Shown here: positions 24,862 to 37,978 of the stretch, in pieces
Layout of the letters: each line of letters starts with the position of its first letter
How positions within the stretch are numbered: position 1 is the stretch's first letter
Notes under the pieces: model-generated
Told to the model about the DNA's origin: nothing
Seen by the model: the letters and a program-made list of their open reading frames with translations, nothing else
The model's database searches: none
Made by a program: the position numbers and the translations under genes
Origin: Mytilus edulis
Lineage: Eukaryota
DNA length: 64,000 bases
Assembly: GCF_963676685.1 (NCBI RefSeq)
Contig: NC_092355.1
Location: 40,610,001-40,674,000, forward strand
Direction: 5' to 3'

Positions 24862-26049
24862 TTAGTTCCTGATACAGAGACTTCTACACTCTTTCTTGAA
24901 AGAAGTATCGAAAACCGAATAAACAACTGGATTTAAAATGTTGTTTAGTAAATATGCTCTGTATAAAAAAAGACAAAAGCTGTACTGACGAGTTGTCAAC
25001 GTTTGCCAAAAATTAATGTCAGCTGACTCTATAATCATAATAATGATTCTCGGAAAATAGGATACGGCAAATAAGGCTGTTACAATTATAAACATGACTG
25101 ATATTTTATACTTCCGTATCATGCATCTTAACACTTTTCCTAAGCTACTTCCTTGTTCCCTATTTATAGTATGTCCAGTCGTGTTATTAAGGTCGTTACA
25201 ATTGTGTGTGCTTTGACTATCTTCTCCGATATCACTGCTACTTTCAAAATGTTGTGGGTCGTGTTCTGACATTTCTGATATTTTATAAGATTGTGATGTT
25301 TCTTCGTTTTCTTTTTGATTACTCTTCTGTTCAGTTTTCCTCATGCTCTGATTTGACCTCTTCTTTTTCCAAAATGATTCCTGCTTATAAATTGTCTTCA
25401 TGATCAAAAAGTATAAGATCGATATTGTTAGGATACCAGTAAAACAGAAAAACAAGAGGAACACGGAATACCCTATATCATATCGTCTATCGATATTTGA
25501 ATCGACAGTACATCGATAAACTGTAATGTTGATACCATCGTTTTCAATATATTCATCATCTACCCCGTAGAGGAATCCACTAGGAACTACTAAAAGTATT
25601 GAAATGACTATAATCAATTTGATGGCAAAACGCTTACTGTTAATAGTCATGACTGATCTAAATGGTCTGCAAACTTTAATATATCGTTGAACGGCTATGG
25701 CAACTAGCATAAGTCCTGAACTAATCGATGTAAATTTATTCACAGTCCACATTAGCTTACAGATTAGGTTACTTCGGAATGTAAGTTGATTAGTATTTAC
25801 CGCAATTGAAAATGATGCACCAATTATACAGGCTATCATATCCATTAATGCTAAGAACGGAATAAAGTATCGGTCGTCTGTTTTTGATTTAAGCTTGAAT
25901 GTATAAATGTAGAGCACGAGTCCATTTCCAAATAATCCTGCTATCAAATACATTGCAAGTATAACTATGTTAGGAATAAGCGAAACAAGTTTATCATTAT
26001 TCAGTATTTCCAGATGATCTACAAATATTGCTTGTATTGAGGAATTCAT
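24862..26049 (-). CDS. Class A orphan GPCR, paralogue of GPCR-2, 395 aa from first ATG (GPCR-3)
   Basis: GNGLV, LALMD, ICK...IAVQRYIKVCRP, SYFPR, LNPVVY. The track starts at GTG 26070; the first in-frame ATG is at 26049 (MNSS). Confidence 0.95.
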   Translation of the reverse strand: MNSSIQAIFVDHLEILNNDKLVSLIPNIVILAMYLIAGLFGNGLVLYIYTFKLKSKTDDRYFIPFLALMDMIACIIGASFSIAVNTNQLTFRSNLICKLMWTVNKFTSISSGLMLVAIAVQRYIKVCRPFRSVMTINSKRFAIKLIIVISILLVVPSGFLYGVDDEYIENDGINITVYRCTVDSNIDRRYDIGYSVFLLFFCFTGILTISILYFLIMKTIYKQESFWKKKRSNQSMRKTEQKSNQKENEETSQSYKISEMSEHDPQHFESSSDIGEDSQSTHNCNDLNNTTGHTINREQGSSLGKVLRCMIRKYKISVMFIIVTALFAVSYFPRIIIMIIESADINFWQTLTTRQYSFCLFLYRAYLLNNILNPVVYSVFDTSFKKECRSLCIRN

Positions 26050-26148
26050 AACTCCGTCTTTTGTATTCACAGTCTCGCCAAAATGTTACAAACTCTTATT
26101 GGGTAGTTTTCAAACAATCGGCTAGTATTCATTCCTTGATATTACAAC

Positions 26149-26386
26149 CTAATATATAAAAAAGTACAATATTTGTTTTCGGAAGGCACAATTAACACGT
26201 ATTTAACTTGGAAAATGTATTTTTATATTTGTAAATCTGACAGTATTTCCTTTAAGAACTTCTATCTGCAAAAAACTATTAATTGTGACTCAATAAAACA
26301 TGACTGTGTATGATTATAATTAGAACACATATATATTTCTGAAACAATTAAAAGCACTCAAATCGACCTTTCTCATCATAACTTAC
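26149..26386 (-). other. Predicted 5' UTR intron of GPCR-3
   Basis: Minus-strand acceptor gtacttttttatatattAG resembling the GPCR-2 acceptor; nearest GTAAGT donor at 26386 (donor assignment uncertain). Confidence 0.45.
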
Positions 26387-29300
26387 AAAGCAGTTGAGTG
26401 AAGTATGAGTTATCATAGTAATGTCTAGATTATCCAACTGATCAGATGGTTTCATGTTTTTATTATTTTTTAGGAAAATTGTTCTGAAATTATTGGTAGT
26501 TCTTTATCTATATTTTTTTGTTATTTTTGCAGAAAGAATGAAACAGGTGTTACTTTATCTACGATAATTCCTTATTGACGTGTGACGTATGTAATAGGAG
26601 ATTTGACAAAGAAATTTAGATATGTTGGGCATTGGAAAATTCAGAAGAAGAAAAAAGCGACACATAGATTCATTTTGAAGCTCAGATATCATTTATCATA
26701 TTGTAAGAGTTTTTAATGTTAAAACAAATAAACCAACGAGAACAAAAAGAGTCTCGAAAGAGGCCTTTGTTTTTAAAGTAGTGGAATAAGCTGCAGAAAA
26801 TGTATAGGTCAAAATAGAATTGTATTATATTCCAATATTCCTTTTGTATAGAGCTCATGTATAATAAAACTCTTTTGTTGGCAAAACTAAAACTTAGTTT
26901 TGAAATTTCTTAAGTCAATAGGTGTAAGTCTAAAGACCTAAGTGGGAGAAAGGAATTAATGCTGTTTTATTTTTGGTACAATTGTTCAGTTTCGGAAATC
27001 AAATAGTAAATGTTTGACATATTGCAAAAGCGCTTATATAATTCCTTTTTAGTTATCAGACCAGATATCATTATAATGTACTAAGAGTATTCAAGAAATG
27101 GGTAAAACGTAAGTTCATTCAATTTGACAATGTTAACAGTGAATGTGTCATAAAGACATCAACCTGTCCAAATGAAGAAAAAAAAATACCCAACCACCAA
27201 TGGGTCTTAATTGTCTTATGGAAAAATGCCAAGTATATTGGGTGTTTTGTATGACGTGTTCTACAAAAACTCATCACTACAAATTATAAAGAAAAGTGGT
27301 TTCAAGGTCTCTAAACAGTTTGTCGAATTCATTTTTGTGTACCAGATTTATGTGAACTTAACCTTTTCAAAATATGTATCCCACACTAGGTCAAACGAAA
27401 CATTGTAATGTCCGCTCTACAAGTTTTATCCAAGAAAACCCATTAAGTCAAATAAATGCTCAAGAAACATTAACTCCCAAAAACATCGCGTAATTTAATA
27501 CCATATACTTACATAGCGTTCACACCATCAGTGCAGAAAAAATGTAATTGGTGAAAAATTACACCATGACCATAACCAGTAGGAATCTACCAACGAAGCC
27601 ATTAAAATTGATGTTTGAAATATAAACATAAGTATAATACCATTGCGTATATTTTAATATTAAAGCATGCGATACTAATAGGAGCACAAAACACCTCTTT
27701 CAAGAATAAGCATCATGGTCTGGATATTTTAAGGGCTATATTTAAAACGTCAAAATAAAGGCAACAGTAGTATACCGCTGTTCACAATTCATAAATCGAA
27801 AAAGAAAAAAACAAATCCGGATTCCAAACTAAAACTGAGGGAAACGTATCAATATAAGACACAACAAAGACACAGCACCGAAATGTAATACACACAAAAA
27901 CGAACTATAATGTAACAATGGCCATTTTCCTGAAAGCAGAACACATAATGATCATGATGATGACTATTCAGAACAGCCTCACACTATTTTCTTGGATTGC
28001 TAAAATTTAATTTGAACCTTATTTCAATTTAACACTGTTACACGTTTTTTTCCGATTGTTATATTGCTTTGGATTGGTTTGCATTTAAGATGAATGTATA
28101 AACAACAACAATATTTTACAAACTCAGCCATTTGTATTCGTTATGTTTAATACAATTCATATTTCGTTTGTCGTGAAGTTTGGAATTATACACATGCCTT
28201 CGTAGTTTTGAAATGTAATTAGAAAATATTTGAAGAAAATTAGTGTGTTAGCTTACTTTATTCAATACTTATAATTAATTATTTGGCCCCCTCCTGAAAA
28301 CAAACTTCAAAAAGTTGTATAATCAAAATATTGCAGCTTTCTTTTTAAGAAAAAATATGAATGTTTTAATGCAACATGCTCCAATAACTGTAGTTCATTA
28401 TTTGAAGCCCTTAACTCATTTATAAGTCTTAGATATTACTTATTGTTACACAAAATCGAAAACATGTTGTTAGCGCTCAAATTATATAATTATTGCAAAC
28501 AAAACAACGAAATATAAATAAACAAGAAATATGTACCATTACTTATTTACTTACTGTCTTTGTACGCCATTGGCGTGTAGCACAGTAACGAAAATTGTGT
28601 ACCCTTACATGCAGAATTTAATTATTTAACGTTCATTTTAATATAAATAATTTCAATAAAAATGTAAGATTCATTTTCCGGTGTGTTACTTATAAACACG
28701 TTAAATTTATCATATATTAAGATTAAGTTGTTAACAATCAACTAAAGGGAAGTAGCTAATACACGACTAAAAATAAACAAGTCATAGTAAGTTATCTTCT
28801 CTTTTCGCCATTGGTAAACGGTTTTCCATTTCAAACTATGATTTAAGATTCGAAGGACTTTTCTCTGTGACTACTGTTCATTTTGTTTTGCATATTTTCA
28901 GTGTTAAATATCCATTCCCTTTTTTAACTTTTTGTGTGCCTGTTCTTTTTAAGCAACGAGAACTAATATTTCCATTTGTCTTTATTTGTTTTAGGATTAT
29001 TTTGATCTTTAGATCTTGGAATCACATCATTTACCAATAACACGTTACCGGGCTTATCACATTTAGCCTTGAACTCAATAATATACAAAAGACAACCATT
29101 ATCTGTAAATGTTTGAGTTTGGTTTTTTTTGGGGGGAGGGGGACATAACAAATAACAATAGAACGAATGAGATCGCAGTTAAAGTATTGTGGGAACTCAT
29201 ATTTATTTAAAAAGTAACGAGTGCCATGATCCTGTTTACTTACACATGTTACAGTAACACTATTTTTTATTTAATATTGAACTCGGACCATACCAAATAA

Positions 29301-29526
29301 AGCAACTGCTCGTCAAAAGTAGCTTATAGAACGTCATAATCTTGGTAGGTTGACATATTTCTTCATGAACCAAGCGCCCTTAATCGATCCATTTTCATGT
29401 AAAACAGTAACAATAGTAATTGTTATAATTGACTTATATTTAATCATATCTTACAACTTAACGCTTGTAGGGTGCGTGATCCCTATTATACTTGTAATTT
29501 TTTCTCGATCGAAACAAGACACTGCT

Positions 29527-31101
29527 GACGTGTTTCTGTACTTGTTGATCCCAAATTCATGTATTTAGTTTACATGTTTAATGTTATATTTGTAATTCTC
29601 ATCGGATTTTGTCAAATGTGTTGACGTCTTTTTATTATATTTAGGTGTTACGGATAGAAAAATTAATCACCGCCTTTATTAATTATATTAAATTTTGAAC
29701 GATTATTTACGTTTGAAGTTGGATTCATAACAAACTGGACATATATATATATTACAGTTAATTGTTATTAATAAGTATTGCAATATGCATTTTGTTTAAA
29801 TGAATTATCAGTATTTAGTTCTAATATAATCTTAAATCAATCCTAATTCTATCTCACTTTGATAGTTTTTCATATGTGACGTCATGCTGTTTCTAAATTT
29901 CATAAATTCAAATGTGGCATAACGTTTGTGCCTTTTCACCATCGTATGTGACGTCACATTTTTTTAAATTACGTTGACGCCTGGACTGATTCGGGTGTGT
30001 CTATTCTGTGTTAAACTTTAATAGCATTATGTATTCGGGTTTAGTTTTCTGTAATTAGTTAATACTTCAGTTTCATTATGTATATCTCTTTCATATTCAT
30101 TTGTTAAAATTTACTGTTTGCAATAGCATGAATTGTTCTATATAATAAGGATGTTCTTATCCCGGGCATAAAAACAATGCCGTATTTGGCAAAACCTTTT
30201 CAACTTTTTATCTTCAGTGCTGTACAACTTTGTACCTTTTTCACTTTCGATCTTTTATATCTGGGCGTTATGTATTCGGTTTAGTTTTCTGTAATTAGTT
30301 AATACTTCAGTTTCTTTATGTATATCTCTTTCATATTCATTTGATAAAATTTACTGTTTGCAATAGCATGAATTGTTCTATATAATAAGAATGTTCTTAT
30401 CCAGGGCATAAAAACAATGCCGTATTTGGCGAAACCTTTTCAACTTTTGATCTTCAGTGTTGTACAACTTTGTACTTTTTTCACTTTCGATCTTTTATAT
30501 CTGGGCGTCACTTATGAGTCTTGTGTGGACAAGGCGCGTTTTTGGCGTATTGAATTTTAAACCTGATGCTTTTTGTTATCTTTTAGTCATGTTTTTCTTT
30601 GTCTGATATGTTCTATTAATTTATTGTATTGTAGTCCTGTAATATTATGTTGTCATTTCAATGTTATATTTAACTTTGCCATTAAAGTGCGAGGTTTGGC
30701 ATGCCACAAAACCAGGTTCAACCCACCACTTTTATTCCCCTTTAAAAGTGTCCTGTACCAAGTCAGGAAGATGGCCATTGTTATATTATTGTTCGTTTCT
30801 GTGTGTGTTGCATTTTAACGTTGAGTCGTTTGTGTTTTCTCTTATTTTTGAGAAATTGAGATAAGACGTGGCACGGTACTTGTCTATCCCAAATTCATGT
30901 ATTTGGTTTTCATGTTATATTTGTTATTCTCGTGGTGTTTTGTCTGATGCTTGGTCCGTTTCTGTGTGTGTTACGTTTCGGTGTTATGTCGTTGTTCTCC
31001 TCTTATATTCAATGCGTTTCCCTCGGTTTTAGTTTGTTACCCCGATTTTGTTTTTTGTCCATGGATTTATGAGTTTTGAACAGCGGTATACTACTGTTGC
31101 C
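29527..31101 (+). mobile_element. 1.6 kb composite repeat insertion with a decayed hammerhead motif and an internal ~240 bp tandem duplication
   Basis: Absent from unit B (GACACTGCT|TTTATTTAAAG). Duplication 30027-30267/30268-30508; HHR-like GCGTCA CTTATGA GTCT...GGAC AAGG CGCG at 30505-30548. Its end recurs at 27754-27932 and 39780-39808. Confidence 0.8.
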
Positions 31102-33434
31102 TTTATTTAAAGCACACTGTTTATCACGAAACTAAGGAAGTCCATGTCGTCACAGATAATTATGAAATAAGGTGAATATAAGATTTAAAAACACAGGTCG
31201 GTGCACGATTCATTGGCGTTAAAAGATGTTAACTTTCGGGCGAAGAAATAACCTCAAAATATACATTTAAAGAAGAAAAGATACGTGATCAACTACAGAA
31301 ACACACGATTAATACCGTACAGTTTGTTTTTTTTTTTTTTCTTTTTTTTGCTTTATTTTTTTTTCAAAAGATATACTGAATCTTTGTACACAACAGTTTG
31401 TAAACAGTAAATTAGAAAAATACCTAACTGAAAATAAAATTCAAATCCTATCTGAAAAGTTTTAAAGAAAAAAAGCGCTGTTATTAGAAACTGTACATTT
31501 TGCACGACATGAACTCAGTACCAATGAGTTTTTAATTGAGGCGTGAATAATGTAAAAATTGTTAACGCTAAAATCAGAAAATTAATTTACAGAGGACAAA
31601 ACATAAAGATAATAACAATCAATTAGTAAATAGAACAGACCAACAATTCAACATATAAACCTTGCACAAACACCACATTGTCGACCATGTAGTATTGATT
31701 AGTATCCAAAATTGGAATTAATTATCCAACAAAAGACAACTTTCGAGTTCGATCCATTTCCGTCAAAAACTCTGGTTTTAGTGAACGTCACTTCCATTCC
31801 AATGTTGAGCGAGTGGTTGGAAAACTATATTTATATATTGTACGAATTATTCGGCAAATTGAATTTTCAAAATTGACAATCAGCACTGCTGTCATTAGGG
31901 AATTGTCATTAGGTACCAACAGAACAACCATTATTTCTAGTTTATCCTGCACAATGACGATTACTTAGACGCTTGATGAACGTAAAAAGTGCAGGAATAC
32001 AGACGATCCCTTCTATCTGGTAAATGACGTCATAAAGGCGCGCATAATTGTCGATTTTTTTGCGGTATCTCAGAGCATTGTCAAGTGCAATTTATTGTAA
32101 TCGTCTAAAATAAATAACAGGTAATTTCAAGTGATAAGTGGCACTTTCAATTATTAAATGTGAATCTACATATATTTCTTTTTTTAATACTGATATGTTT
32201 ATTGCAAATCTGAATATGATGTACCTTGTATAAACCGGAGAGTTATACACAAGGGCCCCGTGTTCATACTGATCAGTCGTCCAGGTACAAACAATATAGG
32301 ACTCTACTCAAATAAAATATATTTTCCTTTTTTTGCAAATAAGTTACATAATCTAATTCTTAACGAAAGAATTATTTACTTTATTAAACATACTGTGGTT
32401 TTTGAAGGATAACTTTCTAGAACGTTTGAGACAAACCTGATATGGACAGACAATACGTTAATATATGATGTAACAAAACATTGGGTGGATTACATGTATG
32501 TTATAATACACGTCTTCCTTTAGTTTATCATTGTTTATGAAAAAGAAGTTTCAACAGACATTGTTATCATGATGATGAACGATTGAAATAAATAAATTAA
32601 ACACAGTTGTTATTGTTGGCATTTGTTTCGTATAGACAAATGCAAGTAGGTTTTTAATACTAACGTTATTGAAGAGTTGGTCATTTTTATAGGCCACTAG
32701 TCTAAATATCACAAGTTAAGATAGTCGGTAAGATAATATCTTTACATAGTGTGCTAGTGACCTATTACGATATTTATGGGGTCAGTAAATTCCATATATA
32801 TCGTATTAGGTCTCTAGCACACTATCTCACTAATTATATATATCAAAAGGGAAGTTATAAGGCTAGCACATTAATAACCACTTATCTGGTAAAATTTCCT
32901 AAATCAGGAACTTTCTATTCCATAGATTAAAGTTGCACAAAATCCAGTTTTTCTTGATAAATTGACTAAATAATATACTTGATATTGCGTGTATTATAAA
33001 TATTCAGCTCACGGTGCAACGGTATAATTTTCTGGGCAATTAGGATATAATCTGTTACATGCAGAATTTAATTATTTAATGTGTTCAAAGTATATTTTAA
33101 CGTTCATTTTGATATAAAAAAAATTCAATAAAAAATACGATTTATTTTCCGGTGTGTTACTTATAAACACGTTATATTTATCATATAAGATTAAGTTGTT
33201 AACAATCAACTAAAGGGAAGTAGCTAATACACGACTAAACATGAACTAGTCATAGTCAGTTATCTTCTCTTTCACCATGGGTAAACGGTTTTCCATTTCA
33301 AAACATGATTTACGATTCGAACGACTTTTTAATGCCTCGGTGTTCTCTGTGACTACTGTTCATTTCATTTTGTTTATTTTCAGTGTTAAATATCCATTCC
33401 CTTTTTTCACTCTTTGTGTGCCTGTTCTGTTTAA

Positions 33435-33823
33435 GGATGTTCGCCATTCTGTTCAAAAATAACAAGCTTTTAAAAAGACTGTTATAAATTGAAAGTATAT
33501 TAATATAGAAACTAAAAAAGCAGAAAAAAATGGAGTGTCCGTGTGCTTGTTTTCGAGATCTAAGCCGTAGAAAATTTGGCGGCAACACATTCTCTCTAGA
33601 TTTTTCTCTCATTTAACATCGGCACTGCTTTTTTTTAAAAAACAATGAAAAAATAACAAGGATTTCACACGATTTTGAAATATGGCTTTAAAAATAATAT
33701 GTAATAAAAATATGAAAAGAAAAGTAGAGGTTGTGGGCAATTTTTTTTAATGTTAATACATGGATAAAACCAGAGGATTCCGAAAATCTGGCAAACATTC
33801 AAAAAGTAGAGGAGCAAACATCC
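33435..33823. mobile_element. Kolobok-like MITE
   Basis: TTAA|GGATGTTCGC ... GCAAACATCC|TTAA; single TTAA at the empty site in unit A (about 28949). Confidence 0.85.
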
Positions 33824-34195
33824 TTAATAAACGAGACTTAATAATTTAATTTGTCTTTATTTGTTTTTAGATTATATTATTATTTAGATCTTGGGATCAC
33901 GTCGTTTACCAATTTCACGCTACAAGGCTAATCACGGTTAGCTTTGATGCTGTGCCTGTTGAATCAATGATATACGAAAGACAACAAATATATGTAAATG
34001 TTTGGGTTTTTTTGTGATATAACAAATACCATCAGATGAATGAGAACGCAGTTACAGTATTGTTGGTACTCATATTAATTTTTAAAGTAAGGAGTCGCCA
34101 TATGTTACTGGATTTTTTAATTATTTTTTTGGAATTTTGAATCCTCAATGCTCTTCAACTTTGTACTTGTTTGCTTTATAAATATTTTTATATGA

Positions 34196-34240
34196 GCGTC
34201 ACTGATGAGTCTTATGTAGACGAAACGCGCGTCTGGCGTA
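34196..34240 (+). ncRNA. Minimal type I hammerhead ribozyme with intact core
   Basis: Stem I GCGTCA/TGGCGT, core CTGATGA (34202-34208), stem II GTCT-tatgt-AGAC, GAAA, palindromic stem III ACGCGCGT, cleavage triplet GTC (cut after 34233). Confidence 0.88.
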
Positions 34241-34320
34241 CGAAATTATAAGTCTGGTACCTTTGAATACTATTTACTGTTTACTAACACTTGTTACAGT
34301 AACAATATTTTTTTATTTAA

Positions 34321-34545
34321 GGTGGTACCCAACACCTTAACTAAAATTTATTTGGCTCGTTTATTTAAAAAATTAAAAAGTTTGAACCAACCGTTTCATC
34401 AGAAAAATTACACTGGTTATATAGCAGTTTGAAAAACACTCATTTTGATCATTGAGAAGCTTAATATTCCCTTAACAACACAACGTCATTAAAACGTTTA
34501 GATGATTTTACAGAGTAACAGTTAACTGTAATGTTAGGTACCACC
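34321..34545. mobile_element. Kolobok-like MITE
   Basis: TTAA|GGTGGTACCCAACA ... TGTTAGGTACCACC|TTAC; empty TTAA site in unit A (about 29271). Confidence 0.8.
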
Positions 34546-36101
34546 TTACGATTGAACTCGGGACCATACCACATAACGCAACTGCTCGTCAAAAGTATCT
34601 TATTTCTTCAGGAACCAAGCGCCCTTTATCGATCCATCTTCATGTAAAACAGGAACAATAGTAATTGTTATAACTGACTCATATTTAATCATATCTTGCA
34701 ACTAATAAACGCTTGTAAGGTTCTTGAGCCCTATTATACTAGTAAGTAGCACTTAAATCGATCGAAACAAGACACTGCTTTTATTTAAAGCCCTGTTTAT
34801 TACAAAACTAAAGAAGTTCATATCGTCACAGATAATTATAAAATAAGATAAAAAGAAGATTTGAAAAAAAACAGAAATCTTCAACAGACATTGTAACCAT
34901 ATGATGAACGATTGAAATAAATAAATTAAACATGTTTAAAGCTAATCAGTTGTTATGGTTGGCATTTGTTTTGTATAGACTAATGAAAGTAGGTTCTTAA
35001 TACTAACGTTATTGAAGAGTTGGTAACTTGCATAGTCGATAAGATAAATTCTTTACATAGTGTGCTAGTGACCTAATACGATATAAATGGGGTCAGTCAA
35101 TTCCATACATATCGTAGTAGGTCACTAGCACACTATATCATTAATAATATATTTCAAAAGTTATAAGGCTAGCACTTGACATTAATATCCACTTATCTTA
35201 ACAAAATTTCCTAAATCAGGAATTTTCTATTCCATAGATTGAAGTTGCAAAAAATCCAGTTTTCTTGATAAATTGACTAAATAATATACTTGATATTGCG
35301 TGTATTATAAATATTCAGCTCAAGGTGCAACGGTAAAATTTTCTGGTCAATTAGGATAATTGTAACCATTTAAGATTTTATTAAACTTTTTAACTAGAAC
35401 CTATAATACATACAATATATTAATAAAGGCAGTTATTCCATTTTGAAAGGCCTTCTGGACATCTTAACAGGCTACGAGTACACCATATAAAATTCTTACG
35501 AAAATCACCTTTATTCAGAATTAATTCATATTTTCTTTGAGTTTTTTAAACTGATTCACCAAACTTGCGCAGTTGTTGTTCTGTATAATATGCTTCCATT
35601 TGTCCAATCACACTGATCATGGCTTTCGGTCATAAAACAGAAGTACAAATTCAGTATTTGTATTGGTTGATTCGACGATAATCGTACTCGAAATCTTTTT
35701 TGACCAGGAAAGGGTACACAAAATAGACACTATCTATATTACGATAAACACGCTCTTTTTTACAGACTTCGAGAGTTTTTGGTCAAGTTAAGAAGATTTT
35801 CATGATAAGAGTTTTCGACACACTTCGACAAACCGCACCTTAAATCGCTAAACCATTTAGTGCGACTTCTTGTATAAAATTATTCGTGAACGGAAGGAAG
35901 AAAATTACATGTTCATCTTAAAGTACATATATTGTTGATTATGTACAGGACTGACATTCAAAAACCGCAGACCAGAAAACTGTCAACAGTTAAAAAAACA
36001 TGTTAGACAGATACTTACTATTTACTTCGAAGTGAGATATGTTTGCTACATAAACTGTGGAGCAAACAATTGGCCAGAAACTTTGATTAAGATCAGGAGA
36101 T

Positions 36102-37517
36102 ATGAATAACAGGACTACGGTAAAGTTTGGTGAACTTGACAGAGTGAACGATGAAATGGCTGCAGTTTTACTTCCGGTTATATTAATTGTTGGTGTTTAT
36201 ATGATTGCAGGAATATTTGGAAACCCTCTAGTAATATATTATTATGGTTATTTAGTGAAACCTTCTCCATCGTATCATTTTATCGTTACAATGGCCGTGT
36301 TTGATCTTATTGTTTGCCTTGTGTCTATGCCGTTAGAAATCGTGGACATGAGATTTAATTATAAATTTCCGGACGCAACAGCATGTAAAATTTTCAGATT
36401 TGGGAATTACTTTTGTAGCATGGCATCAAGTTTCATTCTCATTGCAATAGCCGCTGATAGATATAGGAAAGTATGTCAGCCATTTCAAACTCAAATAACT
36501 TTTAAAACAGCCAAAATTATAACAGGATGTTTATGTTTGGCGGCTTTCTTTGTCGCAAGCCCATCATTTATTATTTACGACATTCGTACCGTAAATATCA
36601 GTGCTACATCTGGATTAGTAGGATATGACTGCACAGCCATAAGAGAAGCTCGATATACGCTTTACATATCAATATTCAATGGAATATGTTTTCTTATTTT
36701 CATTTGTTGCATTACCACGCTGACTGTTTTGTACATTCTTATAGCAAAGAAATTATGGCATCTAAAACGATTTCGTGTTATGGATACTACTCGGAAAATC
36801 TCTAACATGCCGTATACACCGCCTACCAGTTCATTTGATCTAGAGTCGTATAACAAACCACATTCAACTGTTGTCAGGTCAACTGGTGCTGTTCCGGTGA
36901 ACATCAAAGCATCAAACGATGACAAAAATATCCTCCACGGATGCAACGACAAGAAAAACTCCGAAATAGCGTCTTCTCCAACTGGTAAACATTTTGATTC
37001 CGAAACACCTTTTACAAAATTTAGAAGAGTCGTTTTACATTGCTGTGTTAATAGCAAAATACAAAATTTAGATAACGAATTTCACGAGCCTGGAACAATG
37101 GAAATATCAACTAATACTACAGATCTAGATACAGAGGCAAGAAAAATGCACATTAGGAACAGCAAAAACCAAATCCACCAGCAGTATATACATCTTAAAA
37201 AGTATACATTATTGATGGTATCAATAAGTGTAGGTTTTGTTGTTAGTTTCCTACCCTATCTTGGTTTAATGACATGGCAGACGTTAATTTCTCAGTATGA
37301 AGTTGATTTAATGTCCAATCTTGAACTGGTTCTTTATAATATATTTTTTCGTTCGTGGTTAATATCTAGTGTTGTTAACCCAATAATTTACGGATTTTTC
37401 AACACAGAGTTTAGGTCATTTTTCTTTAAGAATATTAGAAAATGTATTTGTTTTTGTTTCATTAAATCAACAAAAGCGGATATTCAATCTAAACAGGAGG
37501 CGTCCCAAACAATTTAA
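36102..37517 (+). CDS. Class A orphan GPCR (CCK/orexin-receptor-like bivalve type), 471 aa (GPCR-4)
   Basis: GNPLV, AVFDL, ACKIFR, ADRYRKVCQP, GYDC, SFLPY, VNPIIYGFFN. Confidence 0.95.
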   Translation: MNNRTTVKFGELDRVNDEMAAVLLPVILIVGVYMIAGIFGNPLVIYYYGYLVKPSPSYHFIVTMAVFDLIVCLVSMPLEIVDMRFNYKFPDATACKIFRFGNYFCSMASSFILIAIAADRYRKVCQPFQTQITFKTAKIITGCLCLAAFFVASPSFIIYDIRTVNISATSGLVGYDCTAIREARYTLYISIFNGICFLIFICCITTLTVLYILIAKKLWHLKRFRVMDTTRKISNMPYTPPTSSFDLESYNKPHSTVVRSTGAVPVNIKASNDDKNILHGCNDKKNSEIASSPTGKHFDSETPFTKFRRVVLHCCVNSKIQNLDNEFHEPGTMEISTNTTDLDTEARKMHIRNSKNQIHQQYIHLKKYTLLMVSISVGFVVSFLPYLGLMTWQTLISQYEVDLMSNLELVLYNIFFRSWLISSVVNPIIYGFFNTEFRSFFFKNIRKCICFCFIKSTKADIQSKQEASQTI

Positions 37518-37978
37518 TTGTAAATATCTGCAATGATTCAAATATTCATGTATCCTTTAATAAATGATAAATAAAAACAGAATATCTTTAAAAAAAATAG
37601 TTTGATATTAATGGACGTACCGGTGAAATTATATAGCTTCATTTAATAATTTTAAAGTTTTATTGTTCATTTTCTTGCGTTGCGTCTCCTCAAAAGCTCA
37701 CCAAACAGATAAAGCTTAAAATTTGATACAAGACTATTATAGTAACCCTGTAGGCCTAGGCATGTGCTGATGTTATTGCAGTGATATGGCCTATTTATCA
37801 TTTACGAAGAAATGTGTATCTGTCGCCTTTTTTTAACCTGACTAAATTGCAACCTTATTGTCATCTTGACAGTCGATTTTACAAGACAAATTTCCGATAA
37901 ACATAGATTTTAACTCATATACGTCTCTAAGAAAAAAGGCTGTATATTTCATTAACTAGAAATCAGCCCATAGACATT

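Larger units (their letters stand above)
28604..35360. repeat. Tandem segmental duplication: unit A 28604-33053, unit B 33054-35360
   Basis: Both begin TTACATGCAGAATTTAATTATTTAA. A 28604-29526, 31102-31195 and 32550-33050 align collinearly to B once lineage-specific insertions are removed. Confidence 0.9.

Noticed and set aside
26050-26070. GTG start for GPCR-3 given in the ORF track
   Set aside because: Eukaryotic gene; the in-frame ATG at 26049 gives an N-terminus comparable to the paralogues.
36662-37057. 131 aa antisense ORF, and similar antisense ORFs inside GPCR-1, -2, -5, -6 and -7
   Set aside because: Shadows of the coding strand with no recognisable motifs.
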